In this document: piece by piece, positions 45,272 through 55,846 of the stretch
Layout of the letters: every line of letters starts with the position of its first letter
How positions within the stretch are numbered: position 1 is the stretch's first letter
NCBI GenBank assembly: GCA_050248855.1
Contig: JBFWRP010000023.1
Location: 1 to 64,000 of the forward strand
Source of the DNA: Planctomycetota bacterium
GTDB lineage: Bacteria > Planctomycetota > PLA2 > JAEUHO01
DNA length: 64,000 nucleotides
Reading direction: 5' to 3'
Program-made: the position numbers and the translations under genes
The notes under the pieces: model-generated
What the model was told of the DNA's origin: nothing
Seen by the model: only the letters and a program-made list of their open reading frames with translations
Database searches by the model: none

Positions 45272-47056
45272 CTACCGCTCCTCCTCGGCCAGCTCCGCGT
45301 CGTGCTCGCCGAACTCCTCGATCCAGGCGGCGAGCAGCTCGTCGGTCTCGCGGTCGGGGTGCGGACGGTGGCGCGCGAAGATCGGTCGCAAGCCCTCGTC
45401 GCGCTGCGCCATCCAGCCGAGCGAGTCGGCCGCGGCGCGGGTGATCACGGGGTCCCGGTCGTTGAGCGCGCGCCCCAAGAGTGACTCGACCGCCGCCCGA
45501 TCAGCAGGCAGCTTCACGACCTGACCGAGGTGCCGCACCACGGCCAGACGCACCTCGGCATGCGTGGAGGCGGCCAAGACTTCCGCCTCACGCAGCACGT
45601 CCTCGCGCCGGACCGTGGGCACCGTGGCCAAGGCCATCAGCGCGTCCGCGGCGCGCTGACGCTGGCTGTCCACGCTGCTCTCCAGGAGCTTGCCGATCGC
45701 TGGCAGCGCCTCGTCGAGGCGGTCAACGACGTGGGGCAGAAAGCTCAATGCCTCGCGCGACGTGCCCGGCCCCTCCAGGGCAAGCAACATGAGATCGCGC
45801 TTCGTACTGCGCGCGACGTCGGCATCCGGGAACAACGTCCGCAGCACCAAGAGGGCCAGGTCCGAGCTGCCGGACTGTAGTACGCGCGGGACCAAGGGCA
45901 GTAGGTCTTCGGTCCGGGCATGGTGCATGACGGACACGAGGCCGGCACGCGCCTCGGCCGTCTTCTCCGTCCCCAGCGTGGCGAAGAAAGTGGACATGGG
46001 AATCCCCTGCGCCTGGCAGACGCTCGCGATGCGCGGCATCTCCAAGAAGGCTACGGGCCAGCGTTCGACCCACCGCCGGACGGCGGCACGCCACACGGAG
46101 CCTCGTCCGCCTGTTGCTGGGGGCACCCGCCGGCCCGCGTACGCACCCACGAGGTCGGCCAGCGAGTCGGGCAGGCTTCCCGCTTCCAGTTGGGTACGCA
46201 GGTTTCGCTCGATGACCGCCTCGACGAGAGGGAGCACGTCTTCCTCGGGAACGGCGTCGAGGACGAGCCACGCGATCGGCTCGTACGTGGTCGCGTACAT
46301 CGTCACCCCCGAGGTGCGCTGCGCCTCGCGCGCGACCGCGCGAGCGAAGGCACGCAGGGACGCCGATCGCGGGTTCGGCGGATCGGGTACGAGGTAAGCG
46401 TCGAGAAGGCCACCCGTTGCAGGGGCTTGGAGTGGGTTGGCGGCATGCAGGGCGGCCAGCCATAGGTGTCGCTCTCCGGGTCGACCGAGCCCTGCCGCGA
46501 GCAAGGCCCTCTGGTCGGCGAGCCAGGCGTGCATGCCTTGTCGGCCCTCCGAACCCCGGGGGATCCCCTCCACCGCCTGATGCAGGCGCTCACGAGGCTC
46601 CCAGGTCCAGTCGGCCGACGCGTCTTGGGCACGGGCCGCATCCACTGCCCAGGCGCCGGCTACGTCCACGGCGACCGCCAGCTCCTCCGGCACCCACGTC
46701 AAGCGGCTCGTGGCGACCTCGGGATCCGGACGGGGCGTGAGACGGGCGGAGAGCGGTGCGAGGTAGCGGTGCCAGAAGCGGCGAACCTCGTCCGACGTCG
46801 GCAGCTCTGCGATGGCAAGCCCAGGCCTCGACGCGCCGCGCGCGACCTCGCCCGCACCCCCCACGGCAGCGGGCAGCGCCTCCGAACCACCACCCGCACC
46901 AAGGCCGGGGGCATGCGTCGCGTCCGTGCCGAGCTCCGTGGCTACCGCATCGGGATGCGGAGGCGAGCCGTCTCGCAGAACGAGCAGCACGACCCCCGCG
47001 ATGGCCCAGACAACGAGGGCCAGCAGGGCGATCCGCCGCCCTTGGCGGCCGCTCAG
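45272..47056 (-). CDS. Membrane-anchored HEAT-repeat hypothetical protein (start uncertain)
   Basis: C-terminal HEAT-like repeats (HAEVRLAVVRHLG, LNDRDPVITRAAADSLG). The frame stays open upstream of track start 46990 through a TM helix (RRIALLALVVWAIAGVVLL) to a CTG overlapping the MoxR stop. Confidence 0.7.
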   Translation of the reverse strand: MSGRQGRRIALLALVVWAIAGVVLLVLRDGSPPHPDAVATELGTDATHAPGLGAGGGSEALPAAVGGAGEVARGASRPGLAIAELPTSDEVRRFWHRYLAPLSARLTPRPDPEVATSRLTWVPEELAVAVDVAGAWAVDAARAQDASADWTWEPRERLHQAVEGIPRGSEGRQGMHAWLADQRALLAAGLGRPGERHLWLAALHAANPLQAPATGGLLDAYLVPDPPNPRSASLRAFARAVAREAQRTSGVTMYATTYEPIAWLVLDAVPEEDVLPLVEAVIERNLRTQLEAGSLPDSLADLVGAYAGRRVPPATGGRGSVWRAAVRRWVERWPVAFLEMPRIASVCQAQGIPMSTFFATLGTEKTAEARAGLVSVMHHARTEDLLPLVPRVLQSGSSDLALLVLRTLFPDADVARSTKRDLMLLALEGPGTSREALSFLPHVVDRLDEALPAIGKLLESSVDSQRQRAADALMALATVPTVRREDVLREAEVLAASTHAEVRLAVVRHLGQVVKLPADRAAVESLLGRALNDRDPVITRAAADSLGWMAQRDEGLRPIFARHRPHPDRETDELLAAWIEEFGEHDAELAEEER

Positions 47057-48006
47057 ACGGGCACCTCGACGCGATCGAGAAGATCCTTCACGACCTGTTC
47101 GCGCTCGTCCGGGCCGCCCTCGGCGACGTAGCTGTCGGCGACGAGCCGATGCGCCAGCACCGCCACCGCCAGCGCCTTGATGTCGTCCGGCACGACGAAG
47201 GTGCGGCCCGCAAGCAACGCGTGGGCCTGTGCGGCGCGCGTGAGCGCAATGGCGGCGCGGGGGCTGGCGCCCACACGCAGGCGCTTGTCCTGCCGCGTGC
47301 GGCGTCCGAGCTCGAGCGCGTAGTCGAGCACGCTGTCGTCCACGCGCACGTCGCGCACGGCGGCCTGCAGGCGCACGACGTCGGCCCCGTGCACGACCGC
47401 GCCCAAGGCGTCCAGCGGATGCTCGCGCTGCTGGGCGCGCACGATGCGTCGCTCGTCCTCGGCGGAGGGGTAGCCGATGCGCAACCGCAGCATGAAGCGG
47501 TCGAGCTGGCTCTCGGGCAGCGGGTAGGTGCCCTCGAACTCGTAGGGGTTCTGCGTGGCAATGACGAAGAAGGGCGAGGCCAGCGGATGGCTGACGCGGT
47601 CGATCGTGACCTGCCCGTCGTTCATGGCCTCGAGCAGCGCGGACTGGGTGCGCGGCGTCGCCCGGTTGATCTCGTCGGCCAGCAGCACGTTGGTGAACAC
47701 GGGCCCCTCCCGTAGGCGGAAGGATGCGTCGCGGGGGTCGAAGACCATCGTCCCCAGGATGTCGCCGGGCAAGAGGTCGGGCGTGAACTGCACCCGACGG
47801 AAGTCCGCGTCGATGGAGCGCGCGAGGCTCTTGGCCAGCACGGTCTTGCCGACGCCCGGCACGTCCTCCAGCAGGACGTGGCCGCCGCCCAAGAGGCCCG
47901 TCAGCACGAGCCGCACCACTTCGGGCCGCCCGACGAACACCGACTCGACGTTGGCGCGCAGCGCCTCGACGGCGTCCAGCTGGGCGGTCGCGGGCGAGTC
48001 GGTCAT
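47053..48006 (-). CDS. MoxR-family AAA+ ATPase
   Basis: GHVLLEDVPGVGKT, RVQFTPDLLPGD, LADEINRATPRTQSALLEAM, ATQNP..EGTYPLPESQLDRF. Confidence 0.95.
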   Translation of the reverse strand: MTDSPATAQLDAVEALRANVESVFVGRPEVVRLVLTGLLGGGHVLLEDVPGVGKTVLAKSLARSIDADFRRVQFTPDLLPGDILGTMVFDPRDASFRLREGPVFTNVLLADEINRATPRTQSALLEAMNDGQVTIDRVSHPLASPFFVIATQNPYEFEGTYPLPESQLDRFMLRLRIGYPSAEDERRIVRAQQREHPLDALGAVVHGADVVRLQAAVRDVRVDDSVLDYALELGRRTRQDKRLRVGASPRAAIALTRAAQAHALLAGRTFVVPDDIKALAVAVLAHRLVADSYVAEGGPDEREQVVKDLLDRVEVPV

Positions 48007-48037
48007 GGGGCCTCCGGTCCTGCCAGGGCTCCCGATC

Positions 48038-48808
48038 CTACTCGTCGGAGGCGAGTGCCGCTGCGACCTCTTCGCTGACGTCGAGGTTGGTCGTGACCGT
48101 CTGGACGTCGTCGTTCTCCTCGAGCAGGCCTTGGATGCGCATGACCTTGCGGGCCGTGGCGAGGTCGGCCTCGACGTGGTTGTCGGCCACCATGGCCAGC
48201 TCGGCGCGGCTCGGCTCCAAGCCGGCCGCGTCCAGGGCCGCCCGTACGTCGCCGAAGGCGGGCACCGGCGTCGTCACGAGGAAGCGCGCCTCGTCGGTGC
48301 CGGCGTCCAGCAGCGCGATGTCCTCGGCGCCTGCTTCGAGCGCAAGCTCGAAGAGCTTCTCCTCGGTCGTGGACGAGGCCGCGACCTCGATCTGGCCCAC
48401 GCGCTGGAACATCCAGGCCACCGAGCCGGAGGCCCCCATCGAGCCACCGTTCTTGTCGACGATGGTGCGCACCTCCGTGTTGGTGCGGTTGCGGTTGTCG
48501 GTGAGCGTCTCGATGAGCATGGCCACGCCGCCGGGGGCGTAGGCCTCGTAGGTCAGCTCGACGAAGTCCTGCGAGCCGCCCGCGCCGCTCGCGCGGTCGA
48601 TGGCGCGCTGGATCGTGTCCTTGGGCATGTTGGCCGCCCGCGCCTTCTCGAGCGCCAGCTGCAGCCGCGGGTTGTCCTCCACCTTGGGTCCACCCTGGCG
48701 GACGGCCGCCATGATCAGCGTGCTGACCTTGCTGAAGGCCTTGCCGCGCTTCGCATCCGCGCGGGCCTTCTTGTGCATGATGTTGGCGAAGTGACTGTGC
48801 CCAGCCAT
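48038..48808 (-). CDS. yebC: YebC/PmpR family protein
   Basis: MAGHSHFANIMHKK, NPRL, NMPKDTI, YEAYAPGGV, TDNRNRT, DDVQTV. Confidence 0.95.
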   Translation of the reverse strand: MAGHSHFANIMHKKARADAKRGKAFSKVSTLIMAAVRQGGPKVEDNPRLQLALEKARAANMPKDTIQRAIDRASGAGGSQDFVELTYEAYAPGGVAMLIETLTDNRNRTNTEVRTIVDKNGGSMGASGSVAWMFQRVGQIEVAASSTTEEKLFELALEAGAEDIALLDAGTDEARFLVTTPVPAFGDVRAALDAAGLEPSRAELAMVADNHVEADLATARKVMRIQGLLEENDDVQTVTTNLDVSEEVAAALASDE

Positions 48809-48876
48809 GGGGACCCCCGACGAGCCGCGAGCGCAGCCCAGTGTACGCCTCGCTCGCGCGCCGCGGCGTCGTGTGG

Positions 48877-48915
48877 AAACGAAGACGCCCTCGCACCTGA
48901 GGGGGCGAGGGCGTC
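48877..48915 (-). terminator. Intrinsic terminator after rpsI
   Basis: Stem gacgccctcgc/gcgagggcgtc, followed by ttcgttt on the minus strand. Confidence 0.7.
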
Positions 48916-48969
48916 CGGAAGCTCTCGACTACACCGAGCCCCGGGAAGGGGGCGCAGCGTCCGTAACGA

Positions 48970-49362
48970 CTAGCGCTTCGAGAACTGGAAGCGGGCGCGG
49001 GCGCCGCGCTGACCGTACTTCTTGCGCTCCTTGACGCGCGCGTCGCGGGTCATGAAGCCCGCCTCGCGCATCGTGAGGGCCGCCGTCTCCTCGACGCGCG
49101 TCAGCGCGCGGGCGAGGCCGTGGCGCACTGCATCGGCCTGGCCCTGGGGGCCGCCGCCGTGCACGTTGACGAAGACGTCGTAGCGCGCATCGCCATCGAC
49201 CGCGTGCAGCGGCTGGCGGGCCGCCAGTCGCGTCGCCGCCGTGGTGAAGTACTCATCCCACGGACGACGGTTGACCATCATCACGCCGGTACCGCGCCGG
49301 ATCCGCACGCGGGCAATCGCCGTCTTGCGGCGGCCGGTGCCCCAGGTGAACTCACCCGCCAT
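48970..49362 (-). CDS. rpsI: 30S ribosomal protein S9
   Basis: GTGRRKTAIARV, GGGPQGQA, ERKKYGQRGARARFQFSKR. Confidence 0.98.
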   Translation of the reverse strand: MAGEFTWGTGRRKTAIARVRIRRGTGVMMVNRRPWDEYFTTAATRLAARQPLHAVDGDARYDVFVNVHGGGPQGQADAVRHGLARALTRVEETAALTMREAGFMTRDARVKERKKYGQRGARARFQFSKR

Positions 49363-49377
49363 GGGCTCTCATCCTCT

Positions 49378-49821
49378 CTAGCGCCCGGTCCCGAACGCGA
49401 CGCGCTCGGGCTGCTGGGCGTGGTGGTCGTGGCTCTCCCCGGCGTACACCTTGAGCTTCTTCAGCATGGCGCGGCCGAGGTTGGTCTTGGGCAGCATGCG
49501 CTTGACGGCGAGACGCACGGCCTCGGTCGGGTGCTTCTCCATCATGCGCTTCCAGGGAATCTCACGCAGGCCGCCGGGGTAGCCCGTGTGGCTGCGGTAG
49601 ACCTTCTTGTTCTCCTTGTCGCCGGTGACCTGGACCTTCTCCGCGTTGACGACGACGAAGTAGTCGCCCGTGTCCACGTGGGGCGTGTAGGTCGGCTTGT
49701 GCTTGCCCTGCAGGCGCTGCGCAAGGATCGCCGCCATCCGGCCGAGCGTCTCCTGGGACGCATCGACCACGTACCACTTCGCGCCCTCGTGGTGACGCGT
49801 GGCAATGGTGGTCTTGGTCAT
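49378..49821 (-). CDS. rplM: 50S ribosomal protein L13
   Basis: [41 protein letters not shown]. Confidence 0.98.
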   Translation of the reverse strand: MTKTTIATRHHEGAKWYVVDASQETLGRMAAILAQRLQGKHKPTYTPHVDTGDYFVVVNAEKVQVTGDKENKKVYRSHTGYPGGLREIPWKRMMEKHPTEAVRLAVKRMLPKTNLGRAMLKKLKVYAGESHDHHAQQPERVAFGTGR

Positions 49822-49898
49822 GGCGGCGAACTCCCGGGGGAAGCGGGGCAAGGTACGCCCATGGCTGCGGCGGTCAAGCCGTCGCCGCGCTGTCCCCG

Positions 49899-51533
49899 CT
49901 AGCGGGCCCGGTAGGCCAGGGTGGCCGCCGGCGGGGGCACCTCGCCCGCCACGGTCACGTCCAGCCGGACGCCCGAGCCCAGCCGGGCCCTGGCCGGGTC
50001 CACCTCGCCGGCGAGGAGCCCGAGGAGCCAGCTGTTCGCGCGGTCCTCCCGGTCGTCCGCGCCGGGGACGTCCACGCGGGTCGTGCGGACGGCCCAGGCC
50101 AGCCCGCCCGGCACGAGCTCGATCTCCCCGCCCGGCTGTTCCAAGCCCCCCACGAAGCGGACGTAGCCCTCGCCGCCCCAGCGGATGGGCCCGCGGAAGC
50201 CCGTGGGCCCCGCCGCGATGGCGACGGCCTCCACCCGCCGGCCGCCCACGCCGCCCAGGTCGAGGCGGACCGCGTGCAGACGGTGGCCCGGCACGGCGGG
50301 TAGCACCCACGCGACGGCGACGGAGGCCGCCGCGGCGGCCAGGGCCACCAGCAGGGTCGCAGCCCGCGGGTCGCGCGCCGCCCAGGTGAACCCGAACGTC
50401 GCGACGACGAAGAGGGCCAGCACGGCCGCCGCGGGGCGCCGCCCTTGCGGCGCGTCCTCCCACGGCGCGAGCGAGGCCGGCAGGCGCGGCGGGCTTGGCT
50501 GCCCATCTAGGCGCGTGCCGATCGGCGCCACCCAGAGATGCCGCTCCAAGAGGGCCTCCACGGCCTCCTTGGGGGTGGTGAACGCCACGACGCGTCCCAG
50601 ACCGAACACGAGCTCCTCGCCAGGCGCCGCGGTGGCGGGCAACACGCCGCCCAGTCCGTCCGGAAGCGCGTCGGCCGTCGGGGTCACGACCACGGCGGTG
50701 CCCCCACCGCGCACGAACTCGGCGATGGCCTGCACCCTGAGCGGCGTGTCGCGGCTGCCCACGGGCCAGGCGCCCTCGCCGATCCAGACCACGTCGGCGG
50801 GCTCGAGGTCGAGCACGTGGAGGGCATCGACGTCGCTCGCATCCAGCCACGACCAGCGCGCGGTTCGCGCCTCCGCGGGCTTGCTTGCCGTCCACGCCGC
50901 AACGAGGGGTCTCTGGGTGGCCTCGGGGCCCGTCTCGGCGCGTACCCACCAGGGTCCATCCCCGACGCCCAGGGGCGTGCGGGCGCGTGTCGCGCGTCCC
51001 CGAACCGGCCCGCGATGGGCCTCGGGCAGCAGGCTGCGGTCGATCGTGGGGCCGCGTTCGGCCGCCGCCGTGGCCAGCCAGCGCTGGGGCAGGAGCGCGA
51101 TGCCCGCGGGCCCCAGGGCGTGCGCCACGAGGCCGTACGCCAAGACGCCCACGGCCGCCCTCGCACGCCAGGGCCGCGGTAGCGAGGCCACGACCAAGGC
51201 GGCCACGACGAGCAGCGGCGCGATGAAGGGCACGCTGGCGCCCTGCGGACCCGGCGGAGCGCCACGCACGGCGAGCACCAAGAACGGCGCGACCAACACG
51301 GCCGTGCCGAGGACGCGCGCCAGGGGATGGCGCTGCTGGCTGGCGAGGCCCAGCGCCACGAAGGCGACCACGAGCACCACGAAGGGCGCCAGCGTCCAGG
51401 GCGCGGCCGGCAGCCACGGGACGTCGAGCACGCCGGTCGCCGGCACCGACAGCCCCAGCAGCACGAGGGCCGTGGCCGGCACGACCCAGGCCCGCTCCCT
51501 CGCTGCTCTCTGGTCGCTCGCCATCGCCGTCAC
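49899..51533 (-). CDS. Hypothetical multi-pass membrane protein
   Basis: About 5 N-terminal TMs, a soluble domain (DVVWI...[13 protein letters not shown]), then 2 more TMs. Confidence 0.7.
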   Translation of the reverse strand: MTAMASDQRAARERAWVVPATALVLLGLSVPATGVLDVPWLPAAPWTLAPFVVLVVAFVALGLASQQRHPLARVLGTAVLVAPFLVLAVRGAPPGPQGASVPFIAPLLVVAALVVASLPRPWRARAAVGVLAYGLVAHALGPAGIALLPQRWLATAAAERGPTIDRSLLPEAHRGPVRGRATRARTPLGVGDGPWWVRAETGPEATQRPLVAAWTASKPAEARTARWSWLDASDVDALHVLDLEPADVVWIGEGAWPVGSRDTPLRVQAIAEFVRGGGTAVVVTPTADALPDGLGGVLPATAAPGEELVFGLGRVVAFTTPKEAVEALLERHLWVAPIGTRLDGQPSPPRLPASLAPWEDAPQGRRPAAAVLALFVVATFGFTWAARDPRAATLLVALAAAAASVAVAWVLPAVPGHRLHAVRLDLGGVGGRRVEAVAIAAGPTGFRGPIRWGGEGYVRFVGGLEQPGGEIELVPGGLAWAVRTTRVDVPGADDREDRANSWLLGLLAGEVDPARARLGSGVRLDVTVAGEVPPPAATLAYRAR

Positions 51534-51660
51534 GCTACACGGCTACGCGAGCGGAGGGTTCGGCGGAGGCGGCGGTGCCCGGCTCCTCGTGCACGCCAAG
51601 CGTCCCGGCGCGGGGTCCCCAGCTGGAATCGCACTGCGGTGGCAGACACCTCCGACCGTG

Positions 51661-52635
51661 CTACGCGTCCCAGCGGACTTCGAGACGCACGGGCGGGTTG
51701 GGCAGCGAGAGGAGCTTCTTCAGCCGCTCGACCTTGCGGCCATAGCCGCTCTCGCCGACGACCTCGTGCGCGGCGCGCGACGTGCGGCCCCAGAGGATGG
51801 TGCGTTGCACGCGCGGGCCACCGGGGCGCTGCGGCGGGCCGATCACGTCGAGCTCGACCTCGGCCCGCTGCTCGTCGCTGCGCAGCCGGCCCGTGCGCGT
51901 GAAGCGCGAGACGTCGATCGCCTGGACGTGGACCAGGCCGCCGAGGTCTTGCTCGAGCCGGGCTGCTGTCTGGGCCGCGGCGACCGCCTCCTCGACGCGA
52001 TCGTCCTCGCCGTCGCGCCAGGGGCTGCCGATCACGATGTCCCAGCCCGTCGCGGTGCGTCGCACCGGCGGCCGCAGGCCGATGCCGGAGAGCCGCGGCA
52101 GGGGATGGCGGCGCCGCTGCAGCAAGCCGCGGTAGGGATCCAGCGGCAACAGCGTGTGGTCGGAAGCGAGCAGGTAGCTGACGGTCTTGCCGTCGGCCAG
52201 GGCAAAGGCGACCGAGCCCACGGGTTCGCGCAGCTGCACGCGGACGTGCGCCTCGTTCGGATAACGCAGCGTCACGAGGCTCGCCCGCTCGACCAGCGGA
52301 TGCCGCTCGACCCGCTCGGCCAACACGGACTCGGCCTGCGGGTCGTAGACGGACACGCTGAAGGGGCCCGTGGCGCGTGCGAACCAGCGCGGCTCGAAGA
52401 GGGCCTTCCCGTAGCCGTCCAGCCACGAGGGCAGGCCCTCGATCCGGAGCGTCTTGGGCGTCAACCGGTAGCCCGGCATGGACCACGCCTGCGCGCGGGT
52501 CGCCTGCACGACGAACCCGACCACGAGGAGCAGCAGGGCGCCCCCCCCGATGCGCAGGAGCCACCGCCCACGCGACGTCGTCAAGACGTCGCGCACACGC
52601 GACACCGCTCCCTCCGACGCCTTCTTCCGCGCCAT
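51661..52635 (-). CDS. ftsQ: FtsQ/DivIB-like protein (divergent)
   Basis: Basic N-terminus, one TM, POTRA-like HPLVERASLVTLRYPNEAHVRVQLREPV; at the end of the dcw cluster. Confidence 0.65.
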   Translation of the reverse strand: MARKKASEGAVSRVRDVLTTSRGRWLLRIGGGALLLLVVGFVVQATRAQAWSMPGYRLTPKTLRIEGLPSWLDGYGKALFEPRWFARATGPFSVSVYDPQAESVLAERVERHPLVERASLVTLRYPNEAHVRVQLREPVGSVAFALADGKTVSYLLASDHTLLPLDPYRGLLQRRRHPLPRLSGIGLRPPVRRTATGWDIVIGSPWRDGEDDRVEEAVAAAQTAARLEQDLGGLVHVQAIDVSRFTRTGRLRSDEQRAEVELDVIGPPQRPGGPRVQRTILWGRTSRAAHEVVGESGYGRKVERLKKLLSLPNPPVRLEVRWDA

Positions 52636-52727
52636 CGTCGCTCCCTCGGACCTCGCGCTCGCAGGGAGGGAGGTCGGTCCGCCACGCCTGCGCCTTGACG
52701 ACCGCGGCCGCGGACACGAACGCGGAC

Positions 52728-53471
52728 CTACCCCGCGAGGGCTTGGCGACCCGCCTGCGCCAGGAGCACGAGGCCCATGCCCACCAGCACGGCGCGCACG
52801 AGGCGCCTGAACAGCCGGTCCCCCACGCGGTCGAGCACGCGGCGGCCCAGCAGCACGCCCACGACCACGCCGGCCACGCCCACGCCGACGACGACGGGGT
52901 CCAGGCCTCGCGCGACGTGCACCCCGCCCCGCCACTGGTGGAACGCGACGAGCTTGAGGATGTGGAGATGGAAGGCGGTCACCGAGAGCAGCGCCACCGA
53001 CGCGCGCCGGTCCAACCCCTCCCGGAGCAGGAAGGGTGCCGTGACCGGCCCGACGGCCCCCACGATGACCCCGAGCGCGCCGCCCAGGAACCCGCCCACC
53101 ACCAAGGCCGCGTGCGGGCGCAGGAACGACAGGCCGAAGCGGGGCGCGAGCCCGGCGTACAGCGCGAACGCCCCGAACACCGCCCGCACGGCCGTCGTGT
53201 CGAGCTCGTCCAGGAGCGGCATGCCCACGAGCCACGGACCGGGCAGCGAGGCCACGGCGAAGATCGTGAAGGATCGCCACGGCACATGCGTCACCAGCGA
53301 CCCCGTCCGCGTCACGTTCGCGACGAGCTGGATCGCGGCGTGCATCGGCACGGGATGGGCCACGTCCATCGCGAACAGGAGACCGAGCAGCAACATCCCG
53401 CCACCCAGGCCCGCCACGGTGGAGAGTGCCGCGGTGAGGACGGCGGCAACGGCGAGGAAGACGAGCTGCAC
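52728..53471 (-). CDS. TauE/SafE (TSUP) family transporter
   Basis: STVAGLGGGMLL, GGFLGGALGVIVGAVGP, GVLLGRRVL; about 8 TMs. Confidence 0.85.
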   Translation of the reverse strand: MQLVFLAVAAVLTAALSTVAGLGGGMLLLGLLFAMDVAHPVPMHAAIQLVANVTRTGSLVTHVPWRSFTIFAVASLPGPWLVGMPLLDELDTTAVRAVFGAFALYAGLAPRFGLSFLRPHAALVVGGFLGGALGVIVGAVGPVTAPFLLREGLDRRASVALLSVTAFHLHILKLVAFHQWRGGVHVARGLDPVVVGVGVAGVVVGVLLGRRVLDRVGDRLFRRLVRAVLVGMGLVLLAQAGRQALAG

Positions 53472-53483
53472 GGCCCGCCCGCG

Positions 53484-54389
53484 CTACGGCGCCGCGGCGT
53501 CGGGCGCGGTCGGCCAGACCTCGACCTCGAGCTCCAGGTGCACGCCGTGGAACGCCAGCACGCGGCGCTGGATCTCCGCGATCAGCGCGTGCACGTCGGC
53601 GGCGGTGGCCGCGCCGAGGTTGACGATGAAGTTGGCGTGCACGTCGGAGACCATCGCGTCGCCGACACGCAGGCCCTTCAAGCCGGCCTCGTCCACGAGG
53701 CGCCCGGCCGAGCGCGCGCCCCCGGGACCGTCGGGGTTGCGGAAGATGCAGCCGGCGCTGGCCGAGCGCAGCGGCTGCGTAGCCCGCTTCCAGGCCCAGG
53801 CCTCGGCGAGGAGCGCGCGCTCCGCCGCCACGTCGAGGTCGGGGTCACGGCGGAACCACGCCTCGGTGACGACCGTGCCGGCGAAGACCGTCGTGCGGTA
53901 GCCGAGGTCGCCCGCAACGACCTCGCGATCGAACGGCGCGCCGTCGAGGCGGTAGCCGCGCACGCGCACCAAGGCATCGCCGACGCTGCCGTGGCGGCCG
54001 CCCGCGTTCATCCGCACGACGCCGCCCACGGTGCCGGGGATGCCCGGACACCCGGACAGCGCCGGAATCCCCCAGCCCGCGGCCGCCTCGACCAGGCGTG
54101 GGAACGAGGCACCCGCCTCGGCCACCACGACGTCGTCGCGGACGTCCACGCGCTTGAGCTTGCGTGTCGAGAGGACGGCGCCGGGCACGATCCCGTCGCC
54201 CACGAGGAGGTTGTAGCCCCCGCCGAGCACGCGCACGGGGATCCCGCGTGCGTGGAGGTCGAGGAGCAGCGGGCCGATCGCGGCCGCCTCGGACGGCTCG
54301 TGGAACGACTCGGCCACCCCGCCCACGCGCAGCGACGTTCGTCCCGCCAGCGGCGGGCCTGCGGTGTCAGAGGCGCGCGGCGAGCCCAC
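53484..54389 (-). CDS. murB: UDP-N-acetylenolpyruvoylglucosamine reductase
   Basis: TSLRVGG, VLGGGYNLLV, GIPGTVGGVVRMNAG, SAGCIFRNP, HANFIVN, LELEV. Confidence 0.95.
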   Translation of the reverse strand: MGSPRASDTAGPPLAGRTSLRVGGVAESFHEPSEAAAIGPLLLDLHARGIPVRVLGGGYNLLVGDGIVPGAVLSTRKLKRVDVRDDVVVAEAGASFPRLVEAAAGWGIPALSGCPGIPGTVGGVVRMNAGGRHGSVGDALVRVRGYRLDGAPFDREVVAGDLGYRTTVFAGTVVTEAWFRRDPDLDVAAERALLAEAWAWKRATQPLRSASAGCIFRNPDGPGGARSAGRLVDEAGLKGLRVGDAMVSDVHANFIVNLGAATAADVHALIAEIQRRVLAFHGVHLELEVEVWPTAPDAAAP

Positions 54390-55809
54390 GGGCCACCTCG
54401 TCGATGTTGCCGGCGCCCATCGTGATGACGACATCGCCGGCCGCGACGCGCTCGAGGGCGAGGTCGACGAGCCCTTCGAGGCTCTCGACTTCCTCCGCGT
54501 CGCCGCCCTCGTTGCGGACGTGACGCACGAGGTCCCCGCTCTTCACGGAGCGCCGCGCCTCCTCGCTGTCGCGCGAGAAGTAGATCGGCGGCATCCACAC
54601 GCTGTCGGCTTCGGCCAAGGCCGAGGCGAAGTCGCGCATCAGGCAACGTGTACGACTTGCCTGGTGCGGCTGGAACAGCACACGCAGCGGACGATCGGGA
54701 TGACGTTGGCGCAGCGCGCGCACCACGGCGCGGATCTCGGCCGGATGGTGCCCGTAGTCGTCGTAGACGAGCACGCCGCGGCGATCGGCGACGAGCTCCA
54801 GGCGACGACCGACGCCGCCGAAGGCCGCGACGCCCGCTTCGGCGGCGTCGCGGTCCAGGCCGGCGGCCACGAGGGCCGCGATGGCGCCCGCTGCGTTGAG
54901 CGCGTTGTGGCGACCCAGCATGGGCACGGTCGCCTGCGTGGTCCGCCCGTCGGGGCCGGCAAGGGGGAACGCCACGCCGCGCCCGTCCGCCAGGAGCTGC
55001 GGCTCGCCCACGTGCCACGCCGCGTCGTCGGCAAAGCCGTACGTGACGAGGCGCGCGCGCAAGCGCGCGTCCCCACGGAACACGGGGGCGTGCGCGTCGT
55101 TGACGACGAGCTGTCCATCCGCCGGCAGCAGGGCGGCGAAGACGCGGAACGACTCCTGGATCTCGGCGAGGTCCGCGTAGTAGTCGAGGTGGTCCTCGTC
55201 CACGTTCGTGACGATGGCGACGTGCGGACGATGCGCGTGGAAGCTGCGGTCGAACTCGCACGACTCCACGACGAAGTGGGGCCCGGCGCCCGCGCGGGCC
55301 CCGCCCCCGAAGGCGCGCAGCGTGCCGCCGACGAGCCAGGAAGGGTCTTCGCCCGCATGGGCCAGGGCACTGGCCACGAGCGACGAGGTCGTGGTCTTGC
55401 CGTGGCAGCCGGCCACGGCGATCCCCAGGCGATCCGCCATGAGCGCCCCGACGAGGTCGGCGTAGCGCCACACGCGCAAGCCCCGGGCCTCGGCCGCGGC
55501 ACGCTGGGGGTGCCCGGGCGCGATCGCTGCCGACCGCACGACGAGGTCGACGCCCTCGGGCAGGGTCGCGGCTTCGCTGCCGACCTCGAGGGGAACCCCC
55601 GCCAGGCGCGCGGCCGCGCCGCGGGGATCCGCGTCGCTGCCGTGCACCTCGATGCCGCGCGCGGCGAGGAGTCGCGCCGCGCCGCTCATGCCCACGCCGC
55701 CGATTCCCAGCAGGTAGGCACGGCGCACGGCGGCGAGCACGGCGGCCGGGTCGTCGGCGCGGGGGGCGGTGTGCGCGGGCACGGGTCCTCCGAGGGAGCG
55801 CGTCGGCAC
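54367..55809 (-). CDS. murC: UDP-N-acetylmuramate--L-alanine ligase
   Basis: GIGGVGMSG, GCHGKTTTS, ESCEFDRSF, DHLDYY, DDYGHHP, FQPH, MGAGNI. Confidence 0.95.
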   Translation of the reverse strand: MPTRSLGGPVPAHTAPRADDPAAVLAAVRRAYLLGIGGVGMSGAARLLAARGIEVHGSDADPRGAAARLAGVPLEVGSEAATLPEGVDLVVRSAAIAPGHPQRAAAEARGLRVWRYADLVGALMADRLGIAVAGCHGKTTTSSLVASALAHAGEDPSWLVGGTLRAFGGGARAGAGPHFVVESCEFDRSFHAHRPHVAIVTNVDEDHLDYYADLAEIQESFRVFAALLPADGQLVVNDAHAPVFRGDARLRARLVTYGFADDAAWHVGEPQLLADGRGVAFPLAGPDGRTTQATVPMLGRHNALNAAGAIAALVAAGLDRDAAEAGVAAFGGVGRRLELVADRRGVLVYDDYGHHPAEIRAVVRALRQRHPDRPLRVLFQPHQASRTRCLMRDFASALAEADSVWMPPIYFSRDSEEARRSVKSGDLVRHVRNEGGDAEEVESLEGLVDLALERVAAGDVVITMGAGNIDEVARGLAARL

Positions 55810-55846
55810 TGTAGGACGCGAAGGCGCGAGCGCGAAGCAGGGGGAA

